A DNA stretch of 64,000 nucleotides from Tagaea sp. (GCA_965229215.1 OZ245864.1:4119552-4183551), one strand, 5' to 3'; positions 51,599-61,487 are shown, numbered from the stretch's first letter. Numbers and translations are program-made. The notes: a model not told the origin generated them from the sequence alone.

Positions 51599-52386
51599 TG
51601 CTGGCCGAGATGCTCCTCTACCGGCTGACGCGCGCGGAACCGTGGGCGCAGGCACTCGGCTATCGCGAAGGTGCCGTGCGCCTGTGGTCGCGCCACGGCC
51701 GCTGCAAGCGTGCCTGGGCATCGCATTTGGAGAATACCTGCCGTTTCGTCGGCGAGGCCGCGGCGGTGGCACCCGGCAGCCGCACGGCGCTGGTCTTCGG
51801 TTCAGGGTTGCTCGCGGACCTTCCGCTTGATGGGTTGCGCGCCAGGTTCGCGCGCGTCGTGCTGGTCGATGTCGTCCATCTTCCCACGGTGCGCTGGCGC
51901 ACGCGGGGGATTGCGAATGTCGAGCATGTCGTGGCCGATCTGACCGGAACGGCACGTCGGCTCGTCGCGGATCCGGCTGGCCCGCCGCCGGAACCCGGCA
52001 GCGAGTTCGGGCTCGACGATCCGGCGGTCGATTTCGTCGTGTCGCTCAATCTCGTCTCGCAACTGCCGCTCGCACCGGCCGAGTGGCTCGAGGCTCATGG
52101 CCGGTCCGAAGTGGATGCAGCCGCCTTCGGGCGGCGGATCGTCGCCGCCCATTTCGCGCATCTGGCACGCTTTTCCTGCCCCGTCTGCGTCGTCGGCGAC
52201 CGGGTGCGGACCTATCTCGACCGGTCGGGCCGGACGATCGAAACCGATGACCCGCTCTATGGGCATGCCCCACCGCCGGCAGACGCGCAATGGACCTGGG
52301 ATATGGCACCGCTGGGCGAACAGGATCGCGAATACGCGATCCGTAACGAGGTTTTTGCCATTCGAGAGCTGCGTGGATCGCAGTGA
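51598..52386 (+). CDS. Conserved hypothetical protein with methyltransferase-like fold
   Basis: ALVFGSGLL, VVLVDVVH, VVADLTG and DFVVSLNLVSQL resemble class I MT strands; coupled to the hrpB stop. Confidence 0.55.
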   Translation: MLAEMLLYRLTRAEPWAQALGYREGAVRLWSRHGRCKRAWASHLENTCRFVGEAAAVAPGSRTALVFGSGLLADLPLDGLRARFARVVLVDVVHLPTVRWRTRGIANVEHVVADLTGTARRLVADPAGPPPEPGSEFGLDDPAVDFVVSLNLVSQLPLAPAEWLEAHGRSEVDAAAFGRRIVAAHFAHLARFSCPVCVVGDRVRTYLDRSGRTIETDDPLYGHAPPPADAQWTWDMAPLGEQDREYAIRNEVFAIRELRGSQ

Positions 52387-52431
52387 CTCGTGTAAATTCA
52401 CCGAGTCGTGTCGAGTTGCGGGGGGCATCGG

Positions 52432-53049
52432 ATGTTTCGCATGAAGGTCGCCCTTGTGGCGGCGTTTCTGTCGGTGTGGGCCTTTCCGGCCGGTGCGCAG
52501 GATCTGCGCAGCGGCCTTGATGCCGTCAAGCGCGGGCAATGGGCCGTCGCCCTTCAGGATCTGACGCCGCTCGCCGAAGCCGGCAATGCCGCGGCGCAAT
52601 ACGCGCTCGGCACGATGTACGCGAATGGCGACGGTGTCGAACCCGATCTTGTGCGGGCCGAAAAGCTCCTCCGGCAGGCGGGACAGGGCGGCGAGTGGCG
52701 AGCGCGTGCCCATCTCGAATTCATGCGCGTCTCGGGTCAGTTGGCGCCGGTCGCACCTAGCGGCACCTCGAACGGTGTCGCCGCCGTCGCGGGTGCCGAC
52801 GGCTGGCGCGTTCAGCTCGCGACGGTGCCGTCGTCGGAGTCGGCACAGCGGGAATTCCGCCGCCTGTCACGTCAGTTCGGCGAATTGCTGGCCGGAACCG
52901 ATCTGCTTGCGCCGCCGTTCAAGATGCCGGACGGCGCGCAGGTCGTGCGTGTCCAAGCTGGTCCGCTCAGCGAAACGCGCGCGCGCGACATCTGCGCGAA
53001 GCTGCGCGATCTCAATGCTGGTTGCCGGGTGATCCGCCCGGAAGGCTGA
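52432..53049 (+). CDS. Exported Sel1-repeat plus SPOR-domain protein
   Basis: Signal peptide, AEAGNAAAQYALGTMYANGDGV (Sel1), WRVQLA...RVQAGP...C...C (SPOR). Confidence 0.82.
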   Translation: MFRMKVALVAAFLSVWAFPAGAQDLRSGLDAVKRGQWAVALQDLTPLAEAGNAAAQYALGTMYANGDGVEPDLVRAEKLLRQAGQGGEWRARAHLEFMRVSGQLAPVAPSGTSNGVAAVAGADGWRVQLATVPSSESAQREFRRLSRQFGELLAGTDLLAPPFKMPDGAQVVRVQAGPLSETRARDICAKLRDLNAGCRVIRPEG

Positions 53050-53052
53050 AGC

Positions 53053-53280
53053 TCAGGCGGTTGTGACGGCCTGTTCTGTGCGCCGGAACATGTCCGGATT
53101 CATCAGCGCCGCGAACGAGAATGTCCGTTGGATGGAAGCGTTATCGAGCCGGCGAAGACGCGCGTGCGGAATCTTGTTGGGGTCCTGAAACACCAACTCG
53201 ATCTCCCAGCTGATCGATTCGCGTCCGATCGCGACGAACCGGTCGCCGATCTTGAAGCCGTCATTCTTGTTTCGAAACAT
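53053..53280 (-). CDS. Small hypothetical protein (75 aa)
   Basis: Protein-like composition in a slot with no competing gene; FKIGDRF...W...PHARL. Confidence 0.55.
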   Translation of the reverse strand: MFRNKNDGFKIGDRFVAIGRESISWEIELVFQDPNKIPHARLRRLDNASIQRTFSFAALMNPDMFRRTEQAVTTA

Positions 53281-53627
53281 GCGCTATCGTCACTTCACGT
53301 GGTGCAAATGTAATTTGAATCTAGTCGCTTGACGCCGCGTCGTAAAGACCCGCGCAGGGATCGACGCAGATGAGTTTGTCTGCCTGTGCTTCTCAATTGT
53401 GCCGCAGGTGCGGATCACGCGTCTCTCCGGCATGGATGGCGGATCCGCGAATATGCCTGCGTCCATTCAATTCGCAAATTGCAAACGCCGTCTAGAGCAG
53501 GATCTTGAGTCTGTGCAAAATGCAACATGGCAGATGGCCGCAAAAACGCGCGACTCCATGGGCTTAATGCTAAACTTCGCATCGAGTCGCGAGCTTATTG
53601 CATGCGATCGACAGCACGGCACGGATC

Positions 53628-54494
53628 ATGACGGATTTGCGCATTCCATACCGCGCATCGACACCGATTCTGGGGGTTCTCGTTTTGCTTTCTGCGCTGT
53701 TCGGGTTCGCGCGCGCGAACGAGGAGCCGTTCCGCTGGGCGGTGTATTACGGCACTGATGCGCCGGCGGATTCGTTTGTCGGCTATCGCATGGTCGTTTT
53801 CGATTCCGACCGGCATCCGGACATCGAGCCGATCGCCGTGCGTCGAACGCAGGTCCTCGGCTATCTGAGCATCGGCGAAGTCCACCGTACGCGTAGCTAT
53901 TTCGCGGAAGTCGAGCGCGAAGGGCTGTTCGTCTACGAGAATCCGACTTGGCCCGGCGCCTTCGCGGTGGATGTCCGCGATCCGCGCTGGCGCAAGCGCA
54001 TCGTCGAGGAACTCGTGCCGGCAATCCTCGCGCGCGGCTTCCATGGCGTGTTTCTCGACACCGCCGATACGGCGATCGATCTCGAGCGGCGCGACCGGGC
54101 GAAGTTCGCAGGCGCCACGCTTGCGACCATCGAACTCGTGAAGGCGATCCGCAGCCGCCATCCGCAGGCCGTCATCGTTCTCAATCGCGGCTACGAGATC
54201 CTGCCTGCGGTCGAGAACGTGATCGATATGGTGCTTGCCGAATCGCTGGTCACGGCGTGGGATTTCGAGAACAAGTCGCCGCGTCTTGCCGCCACGGACC
54301 AGCGCGCCGCAGAAATCGCGCTTCTCACCGCCGCGCGCAAGCGCACGCCCAAGCTCCGCCTCCTAGCGCTCGAATACTGGACGCCGGATGATGCCGCGAA
54401 GATCAAGTCGATCTATTCACAAGTCCGTGCTCTCGGGCTGGCGCCCTATGTCGCGACGGTGGCGCTCGACCGCTTGGTACCAGAGCCGCGATGA
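53628..54494 (+). CDS. PelA-hydrolase-like endo-alpha-1,4-galactosaminidase (GH114/GH166-like)
   Basis: Signal/TM; WAVYYG, GYLSIGE, GFHGVFLDTAD, NRGYE and LAES catalytic motifs. Confidence 0.82.
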   Translation: MTDLRIPYRASTPILGVLVLLSALFGFARANEEPFRWAVYYGTDAPADSFVGYRMVVFDSDRHPDIEPIAVRRTQVLGYLSIGEVHRTRSYFAEVEREGLFVYENPTWPGAFAVDVRDPRWRKRIVEELVPAILARGFHGVFLDTADTAIDLERRDRAKFAGATLATIELVKAIRSRHPQAVIVLNRGYEILPAVENVIDMVLAESLVTAWDFENKSPRLAATDQRAAEIALLTAARKRTPKLRLLALEYWTPDDAAKIKSIYSQVRALGLAPYVATVALDRLVPEPR

Positions 54495-56740
54495 GGCGGG
54501 TCTTCGTCCTAGCCCTTTGTCTTGTCGGGATGCTCCTGCCGGGCGCGTCCGATGCGCAGATCCTGCAGCGCCGGGTTTTCATCCTCTGGGATTCGTCGGT
54601 GACAGCCCGGTGGCGTGACACATTTGCCCACCTGATGCTCGAGATGCCGCTCAACAGGCTTGGTTACGTCGTCGAGCCGGTAGACGTCGCCGGGAAGATG
54701 CCCGAAGCGTCCGCATTCGAAGGTGTGCGTGCGGTCGTTTCGTGGCTCGAGGCGGACACCGTACCCGATGCGCGCGCGGCTTTCGGATTCATCGATGCCG
54801 CCACGGCCCGCGGTATGCGCTTCGTGCAGATCGGCGACGCGGCCTATCTGCGCGGGCGCGACGGCACCGCGAGCGTTACGAATGCCGAGGCCAACCGGGT
54901 TTTCGCGCGCGTCGGCTTCCGTCTCGCCGAAGATTTCGTCCGCCTCACGTTCGACGTCGAGGTCCTGCGCAAGGATTCCGCGATGGTCGAGTTCGAGCGG
55001 CCGCTCGACCGCATCCTCCCGCCTTATCCGGTCTGGCGACCGCTCGACACGCGCACGCGCTCGCTGCTGGTCCTGCGTCGGCAGGGGCAGCCGGAAACGG
55101 AAAGTCATGTCGTGATGCTGGGGCCGGGCGGTGGGCTCGCGAGCTTCGGCTATTCGCATTTCTACGAACCGGAACTCAAGCGCCGGCAATGGCGCCTCGA
55201 TCCGTTCGCATTCCTGACGGCCGCGCTGGGTGCTGGCGAAGGGCCGGTTCCCGATGTGACGACACTGGTCGGGCGGCGGATCTATTTCAGCCATATCGAC
55301 GGCGACGGGTGGCGCAATGTCACCGAGATCGTGCCTTGGCGGCGGACGCGCAAGCTCTCCTCCGAGGTGATCCTCGACGAGATTCTCCGGCGCTATCCCG
55401 ATCTTCCTGTGACGGTCGGCCCGGTCGTCGCCGATCTCCATCCCGACTGGTGCGGCTCCGACGAGACGCGCGACATCGCGCGGCGGATGTTCGCCTTGCC
55501 GAACGTCGAGGCAGGCAGCCACAGCTGGACCCATCCGCTCGACTGGAAATTCTTCGATGATCCGGATATCGCCGCAAAGGAACGCCCGTTTCTGCGTCGC
55601 TATCCCGGCTGCCGCTCGGAACCTTCGCGTCTCGTAGCGCTCTACGACCGGATCCGCAAGCGGATCGCCGGTGTTGGCGCGGACGCGGATGACCATTCGG
55701 ATTTCGACGGACAGTACGGGACGATCGGAAGTTACAACACGCCGCGTTCGTTCGCGCTGGTGCCATTCGACATCGACCTGGAGATCCGGAGCGCGGCCGA
55801 ATATCTGTCGACGCTTGCGCCGGCGGGCAAGGGTGTGCCCGTCATCCAGTGGTCCGGGAACACGCTGCCGTTCGAGGCGGTGCTGCGTGCGGCCCGTCTT
55901 GCAGGCATGCGCAACATCAATGGCGGCGATACGCGCTACGATCGCGAGTACAATTCGCTTTCATACGTGGCTGCCATCGGGCGGCGCGTCGGCGCGGAGC
56001 GCCAGATCTATTCCGGCGCTTCGAACGAGAACACCTACACCGATCTGTGGAGCGACCGCTTCTTCGGGTATCGGGCGCTCATCGAGACGTTCGAGCGGAC
56101 GGCATCGCCGCGCCGTCTCGTGCCGATCAATCTCTACTACCACATCTACAGCGGCGAGAAGGAAGTCGCGCTAAAGGCGCTTCACGAGAACATCGCCTAT
56201 GTCCACGCTGCCGAGATCGTTCCGATCTTCGCATCGGAATATGCGGCAATCGCCGAGGGCTTCTACGAAGCTGTCATCGAACGCCTGGATGACCGGCGCT
56301 GGCGGATATCGGACCGCGGCGCGCTCCAGACGCTGCGTTTCGACCCGCCGCTTGACGATATGAGGGTCGATATGAAGCGTTCGACCGGCGTCCTGGGCTA
56401 TCGACACGACATGGGTGCGCTGTATGTGGCGCTCGATCCTGCCGTCGAAACATCTGTCGTTGCGCTAGCCCGCGGCGAGGCGGGCGCGCAGCCTTCGCTT
56501 GTCGACTCACGCTGGCCGGTCGCCGCGCTGTGGCTCGATGGTGACGGCTTTTCCTTCATTGCGGGCGGCTTCGGGGCTGGGGAGATGCGTTGGCGCGCCG
56601 TACCCCGGGCGCGCTACCGCGTCACGTCCGGGAGATCTCCCGCAATCGAAGTCGTCGCCGACGGCGAAGGCCTGCTTGCCTTCACGCTCGATCCGGTCGA
56701 CGGTCGGAAAGTCGATGTGCGCGTCGCGGGGCCGCTGTAA
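54491..56740 (+). CDS. PelA-like polysaccharide deacetylase (CE4-like) protein
   Basis: Signal peptide; PVPDVTTLVGRR, SHIDGDG, AGSHSWTHP, WSGN, NINGG, NENTYT and YYHIYSG motifs. Confidence 0.82.
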   Translation: MRRVFVLALCLVGMLLPGASDAQILQRRVFILWDSSVTARWRDTFAHLMLEMPLNRLGYVVEPVDVAGKMPEASAFEGVRAVVSWLEADTVPDARAAFGFIDAATARGMRFVQIGDAAYLRGRDGTASVTNAEANRVFARVGFRLAEDFVRLTFDVEVLRKDSAMVEFERPLDRILPPYPVWRPLDTRTRSLLVLRRQGQPETESHVVMLGPGGGLASFGYSHFYEPELKRRQWRLDPFAFLTAALGAGEGPVPDVTTLVGRRIYFSHIDGDGWRNVTEIVPWRRTRKLSSEVILDEILRRYPDLPVTVGPVVADLHPDWCGSDETRDIARRMFALPNVEAGSHSWTHPLDWKFFDDPDIAAKERPFLRRYPGCRSEPSRLVALYDRIRKRIAGVGADADDHSDFDGQYGTIGSYNTPRSFALVPFDIDLEIRSAAEYLSTLAPAGKGVPVIQWSGNTLPFEAVLRAARLAGMRNINGGDTRYDREYNSLSYVAAIGRRVGAERQIYSGASNENTYTDLWSDRFFGYRALIETFERTASPRRLVPINLYYHIYSGEKEVALKALHENIAYVHAAEIVPIFASEYAAIAEGFYEAVIERLDDRRWRISDRGALQTLRFDPPLDDMRVDMKRSTGVLGYRHDMGALYVALDPAVETSVVALARGEAGAQPSLVDSRWPVAALWLDGDGFSFIAGGFGAGEMRWRAVPRARYRVTSGRSPAIEVVADGEGLLAFTLDPVDGRKVDVRVAGPL

Positions 56741-59700
56741 TGACCGCGATGCATGCACACACCGGCGGGCAGTTCGCGCTGGCGGCGGCGCTCGTCGGGA
56801 CCAGCCTGTTCGCCAGCATCCTGATCGTCCCGAATACGCGCGAGCGTGCGGTGATGCATCTGCGCGACCGGGAATTCGACGAGGCGCGCGAGATGTTTGA
56901 GGCACGCCTCGTCGAAGCCGGGCCATTGCTCGAGACGGTCGTACCGCTTGCACGTCTCTATGCCCAGCGCGGCGAACTTGATCGCGCCATCAGGATCATC
57001 TCGGAGCTCATCGCATCCGGTCGGGTCGAGGGGCGCGGCGCCGTCGACGCGCGCAGGCTCATGTCGACCTATCTGCGCTGGGCGGGCCGTGAAGCGGAGC
57101 ATCGCGCCAACCTTGCGCAGATCGTGCGACTGGACCCCGCGCCGGAGAATCTGCGCGAGCTTTCGGCGCTCTACAGTTACGCCGGTGATACCGGTGCGCA
57201 GATCGATGTGCTCTCGCGGCTAGTTGCCCTTCCGGACGCCCTTCCGGACGATTTCGTCGATCTAGCCGAACTGCAGGCAAGCCAGCGCCGCTTCTCCGCC
57301 GCCATCGCGACTCTCTCGACGCTTGCAGCCCGGATGCCCGAAAAAGTCGATGCATCGATGCTCGACCTGTGGCTGATCGTTTCGCTCGAGGCGCGCGACT
57401 TCGACGGCGCCGTTTCGCGTGCGCGCGCGCATCTCGCCGTTCGCTCGCCGCCACCAGACGTCGCCGCCGTGATCGGCGCGTTCGCCAGCCAGCGGGTGCC
57501 GAAGCTGGGCGTGGCTGCCCTGCAGCCGCTGGTCGAAAGGATGGGATCGGATGCGGCCACGAACATCGCGCTGATACGGCTCGCAATCGACGCCGAGATG
57601 CCGGCGCTCGCGTCGGACCTGTTCGACCGCCAGATCGCGCGCGGTGCCGCGTCGCTACAGTTCGCCCAGATCGGCGACCTCATCGATATCGGGCTCGTCG
57701 TTGAACGCGTCGATGCGGCGATCAATCTCGCGCGGATGGTCGATCTGTCCGCGCTAAGCGTCGCGCAGCTCGAAGCGCTGGCGGGACAAGCCCTGGACAG
57801 GCGCCAGACGGAATTCTTGCGTGCGATCGCGGCGGCAATGGGGCCGGATCGGCTCGACGCAAATCCCGTCCTCGCCGCACGGATGTATCTGACGCTCGAC
57901 GATCGCGCGCGCGCGGTCGAGCAGGCGCGGCGCGCGCTCGTGCGGCCCGGCCTGTCGCTGGAAGAATCGCTGACGCTCGTCCAGATTTTCGCCGGCGCCG
58001 ACCGGCCGGGCGACGCGCTTGGCCTGCTTGCGCGACTGGCCGAGGACCCGGCCTTGCCGGAGGGTTCGATCGGCGACATGGCGCAGCTCTATCTTCTGCT
58101 CAAGCGTGCACCCGAAGCGGTCGTGGTCTTCGAACGCCTGCGTGCACGCCGGCCGAACTCGCTGGCGGTCGCCACGGGCTGGGCGCTGGTGATGGCGCAG
58201 GCCGGACGCGGCGATGCGGTGGCTCGCTGGCTCGACGCCGGCGCGCCTGATGCCCTGCCGGGCCCCGTCGTCACGGATCTTTTCTTCATCGGCGGTGATG
58301 CCAAGTCACCCGCACTCCAGCTGGCGGCGGCCCGTCGGCTGCGGGCTCTTGAAGGGCCCACGCCGGTCGCGCGGCTGCGCCTGGCGCAGGCGGCCCTCGC
58401 CGCCGGACAGGCAGTCGAGGCACTGGACGAGGCGCGCAGCCTGCGTTCGTTTCTCGCGAACGACGAAGTCGACGCGCTCTATCGCGAATCCCTGACGCTT
58501 GCCGCACGTCGGGATACGCGCCTGCAGGCCGAACTGCGTGGCTACTGGCGCGCGCGACTTACAGATACGAGCCTGATCGCGGCAGCGCGGGAGGAGGCCC
58601 TCTATGGCCTGATCGACGCGCGGGCATGGGACGACGCGTTGCCAGAGCTCGCGCGACGCGCACGCACCGCACCGGCTGAATGGCTCGGCGCTTTCGTCAC
58701 TGCCGCGAGCGACGCCAGGCGCCTCGAACTGGCGATTCCGGTGCTTCTCGACGTCGCCCAGCGTGCCGAACTTCCCGCCGCCACGCGCCGCGAGGCGACC
58801 TATGCGCTCATCGAGCGCACGCCGCCTTCCGTGCATCTGCCTGCCCTGCGCAAGGCCGCCGCCGATCTCGGCGGCGAATGGCAGGACGCACTGGAAACCG
58901 CGCTCGAACGCGTCGGTCGACGCGACGAACTGCTGGCGATGCTGATGCGGCGCGCGGCCGATTCCACCTTGCCTGCCGATACCCAGCGTGCGCTTGCTTT
59001 CCGGCTGCTCGACCTGTCGGCGAAGCCCGCGGCCCTTGCGATCTTCCAGCGTCTTGCTGCCGGTGCTCCGGTGCAATCGCCCGACGCACAGCAGACCCTC
59101 TTCCTGATGGGGCCGCGACCCGATGACGCCCAACTCGACTGGATCGAAGCGCAGACGCGCGCGGCTTCTCCGGCCGGGCGGATCGAATGGGCCCGTGCAC
59201 TGGTCGATGCCGGCGCCCCGCGTCGCGCGGCTTTCGCGCTCGAGGCGGACGCGGCCATCCCCGGTCGCGTGGGCGGGCCCGCGACATTGATGGCGGCCGA
59301 ATCCTACCTTGCGGCCGGCACGACGGACGACAAGGCCGCCTTCGCACGTGTGCTTTCTGCACGCATACCGCGCGAAGGTGATCCGGAAGGTGCGCGCCGG
59401 CTGGCTGAACTTGCCGCCGCCGGAAACCGCAATGACCTTGCCAGACTCGGTTACGAACGCCTTCTGCTGCTCGACCCGTCGCGGCGCGAAGCACAGCGGC
59501 AGGTCGGTTTTGCCGCCTTTGCCGAGGGCGATTTCGAACGGGCGAAGGCGCTCGTCGCCCGCTACCTCGCCGGAGCCGCATCGGGCCAGCCGATCGACTG
59601 GGAAGCGCATTACTATCTCGGCGAATCACTCTTTCGTCTGAAAGACCGCGCGGCCGCGCGGACGGAGCACGAGCGCGCCCTTGCGACGATCGAGGGGCTC

Positions 59701-59901
59701 GCCCGTCCTCCCTTTGCCGCGCGTGCGGTTCAGGCCTACCTGTATCACCGGCTGGGCCGTTCAGAGGAATCGGTGGTGCTCTACGGGCGTCTTCTGCGCG
59801 AGCAACCGCGCAACCGCGACCTACGTGCCGACTACGCCGGCGTGCTGCTCGAGCTCGGCCGGACGGAACTCGCCCGCGGCATACTGGGAGGCGGCACATG
59901 A
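56740..59901 (+). CDS. Large TPR scaffold protein (PelB N-terminal-like)
   Basis: About 1050 aa of helical TPR-like repeats with an N-terminal hydrophobic anchor; position in the pel-like operon. Confidence 0.7.
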   Translation: MTAMHAHTGGQFALAAALVGTSLFASILIVPNTRERAVMHLRDREFDEAREMFEARLVEAGPLLETVVPLARLYAQRGELDRAIRIISELIASGRVEGRGAVDARRLMSTYLRWAGREAEHRANLAQIVRLDPAPENLRELSALYSYAGDTGAQIDVLSRLVALPDALPDDFVDLAELQASQRRFSAAIATLSTLAARMPEKVDASMLDLWLIVSLEARDFDGAVSRARAHLAVRSPPPDVAAVIGAFASQRVPKLGVAALQPLVERMGSDAATNIALIRLAIDAEMPALASDLFDRQIARGAASLQFAQIGDLIDIGLVVERVDAAINLARMVDLSALSVAQLEALAGQALDRRQTEFLRAIAAAMGPDRLDANPVLAARMYLTLDDRARAVEQARRALVRPGLSLEESLTLVQIFAGADRPGDALGLLARLAEDPALPEGSIGDMAQLYLLLKRAPEAVVVFERLRARRPNSLAVATGWALVMAQAGRGDAVARWLDAGAPDALPGPVVTDLFFIGGDAKSPALQLAAARRLRALEGPTPVARLRLAQAALAAGQAVEALDEARSLRSFLANDEVDALYRESLTLAARRDTRLQAELRGYWRARLTDTSLIAAAREEALYGLIDARAWDDALPELARRARTAPAEWLGAFVTAASDARRLELAIPVLLDVAQRAELPAATRREATYALIERTPPSVHLPALRKAAADLGGEWQDALETALERVGRRDELLAMLMRRAADSTLPADTQRALAFRLLDLSAKPAALAIFQRLAAGAPVQSPDAQQTLFLMGPRPDDAQLDWIEAQTRAASPAGRIEWARALVDAGAPRRAAFALEADAAIPGRVGGPATLMAAESYLAAGTTDDKAAFARVLSARIPREGDPEGARRLAELAAAGNRNDLARLGYERLLLLDPSRREAQRQVGFAAFAEGDFERAKALVARYLAGAASGQPIDWEAHYYLGESLFRLKDRAAARTEHERALATIEGLARPPFAARAVQAYLYHRLGRSEESVVLYGRLLREQPRNRDLRADYAGVLLELGRTELARGILGGGT

Positions 59902-61487
59902 TCGCAGCCCGGCTTTGCCTGCTCATCTCAGCCTTCCTGTGGCCGGCTGCCGCCGTGGCGCAGGCGGATGGCCCGGTGCGCCTTGACCTGACCTGGAGCA
60001 TCGATGGGCCGTTGGCCAATGTCCGCATCGTGCCGGCGCGGCCGACGGACATGCGAATCGAGACGCGCGAGCGCGAGGTCATTGTCCGCTTTGCCCGCCC
60101 CATCGCGCCACCCGATGCGGGCATTCTGCCGCGCGAGCTTCCGAGATTTGTCGAAGGCGTCAATGCCGGGTTCGACACGCTTCTGCTTCTCGCGACACAA
60201 GGCAGCACGGTCGTGGCGCTGCGCGAGGGGGAAGGCGTCGTTGTGGTCGTGCGCCTGCCGGAAGTCGCCCCCGCCGCGGAGGCGGAGGAAACAGACGCCA
60301 TCATAACCGAGCGCGCCGAACGACGGCTCGAACGCCTGCGGGCGGCACTCGAAGCGCAGACCGGGCGGCCCGACCTAGCGCGCGGGCGTCTTGCCCTCCT
60401 CGAAGCGAAAGATCCGGCTGACGTCGAGACGCTGGCGCAGCTTTCCGGGGTCGAGCAGCAAATCGGCCGCCTGAGGCGTGCGAACGAAATGCTCGACCGG
60501 GCGATCGCGGCCGAGCCATCCAATCCCGATCTCACGCAGGCCCGCGCGGCGCTGTCGCGCGAGAGCGCCGGATTCGCCCGGGTGGAGCCGGAATACCGCC
60601 GTGCGAGTTCCGGCGAGAAGCGCTACATCGTCGGCATGCAGGCCGAAATGCCGATGGGTCTCGCCTGGCGTGCGACGGCCGCGTTCGATCAGGCCTATGT
60701 CGATAGTCCGTCAGTCCGCCGGCCTGTGGGGTACGTCGATCGCTTCAAGGGCATGCACCAGCGGGGCGCCCTTGGTCTGCAGTACGAGGACGAAGACGGG
60801 TCGCGCACGCACGCCCAGTTCTTCGGCAGTGCGCACAATGCCGGCGCCGGCCTTACTCGCGAATATGTCTTTGACCGCTCGCGTTTTTCGGCAGGAGTTG
60901 AAGTCGCGCGGCCTTATTGGGATTTCACCGAAAGCCTCGTATCCGACGGGACACGCGATCGGGCCTTCGTCCAGTACGCCCAGCCGTGGGTGTTCGGCCT
61001 GTCCGTGCGCGCCCGGCTCGCGGCAAACCGTTACGGCATGCCGGGCCTTGCCGACGGAGCGCGCTCCGCGACAGCCGACGGCGAACTGCGCATGCCTCTC
61101 GACGGGTTTGTGCGCGGCACGGCGCTCGCCTACGCTCTTGACGGCGAATACCCGTGGCAGGTCGCCTCGCGCGCCGACCCGGCGAATACAGGTGCGGAAT
61201 TCCGGCCGGTGCCGTTGCGCTACCGCGAAGTCCATGCGCTGCTGGCGAGCTATACGCTCGACTGGCGCCGCGATCTTGCCGGTTCGCTGCCGCTCGTCGT
61301 CGATCTGTCGGCCGGGCCCGGCTATGACCGGTATGGCCATCGCGGCGGGCCGCTTCTGGGGCTCGGCGTCGCGTGGGTCGACGACGGCTCCTTCAGCGGC
61401 GGGCTGCGGGCCGGTTACGGGCGCGGCGTGGGCCGCGACGCAAACGAGTATTCGAGCTTCGGAGGCTACGCGCAATGGCGGATGTAG
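59898..61487 (+). CDS. Putative outer-membrane beta-barrel exporter with TPRs (PelB porin-like)
   Basis: Signal peptide, short TPR segment, then alternating amphipathic beta-strand pattern ending GGYAQWRM. Confidence 0.6.
   Translation: MIAARLCLLISAFLWPAAAVAQADGPVRLDLTWSIDGPLANVRIVPARPTDMRIETREREVIVRFARPIAPPDAGILPRELPRFVEGVNAGFDTLLLLATQGSTVVALREGEGVVVVVRLPEVAPAAEAEETDAIITERAERRLERLRAALEAQTGRPDLARGRLALLEAKDPADVETLAQLSGVEQQIGRLRRANEMLDRAIAAEPSNPDLTQARAALSRESAGFARVEPEYRRASSGEKRYIVGMQAEMPMGLAWRATAAFDQAYVDSPSVRRPVGYVDRFKGMHQRGALGLQYEDEDGSRTHAQFFGSAHNAGAGLTREYVFDRSRFSAGVEVARPYWDFTESLVSDGTRDRAFVQYAQPWVFGLSVRARLAANRYGMPGLADGARSATADGELRMPLDGFVRGTALAYALDGEYPWQVASRADPANTGAEFRPVPLRYREVHALLASYTLDWRRDLAGSLPLVVDLSAGPGYDRYGHRGGPLLGLGVAWVDDGSFSGGLRAGYGRGVGRDANEYSSFGGYAQWRM

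Noticed and set aside
53281-53627. c-di-GMP riboswitch or sigma54 promoter upstream of the pel-like operon
   Set aside because: GCAAA words are present but the GEMM P1/P2 tetraloop-receptor layout is not, and the TGGC..GC candidates checked lack -24/-12 spacing
53399-53758. 119-aa ORF in the pel upstream region
   Set aside because: No recognisable motif, overlaps the hydrolase start in another frame and covers a probable promoter region
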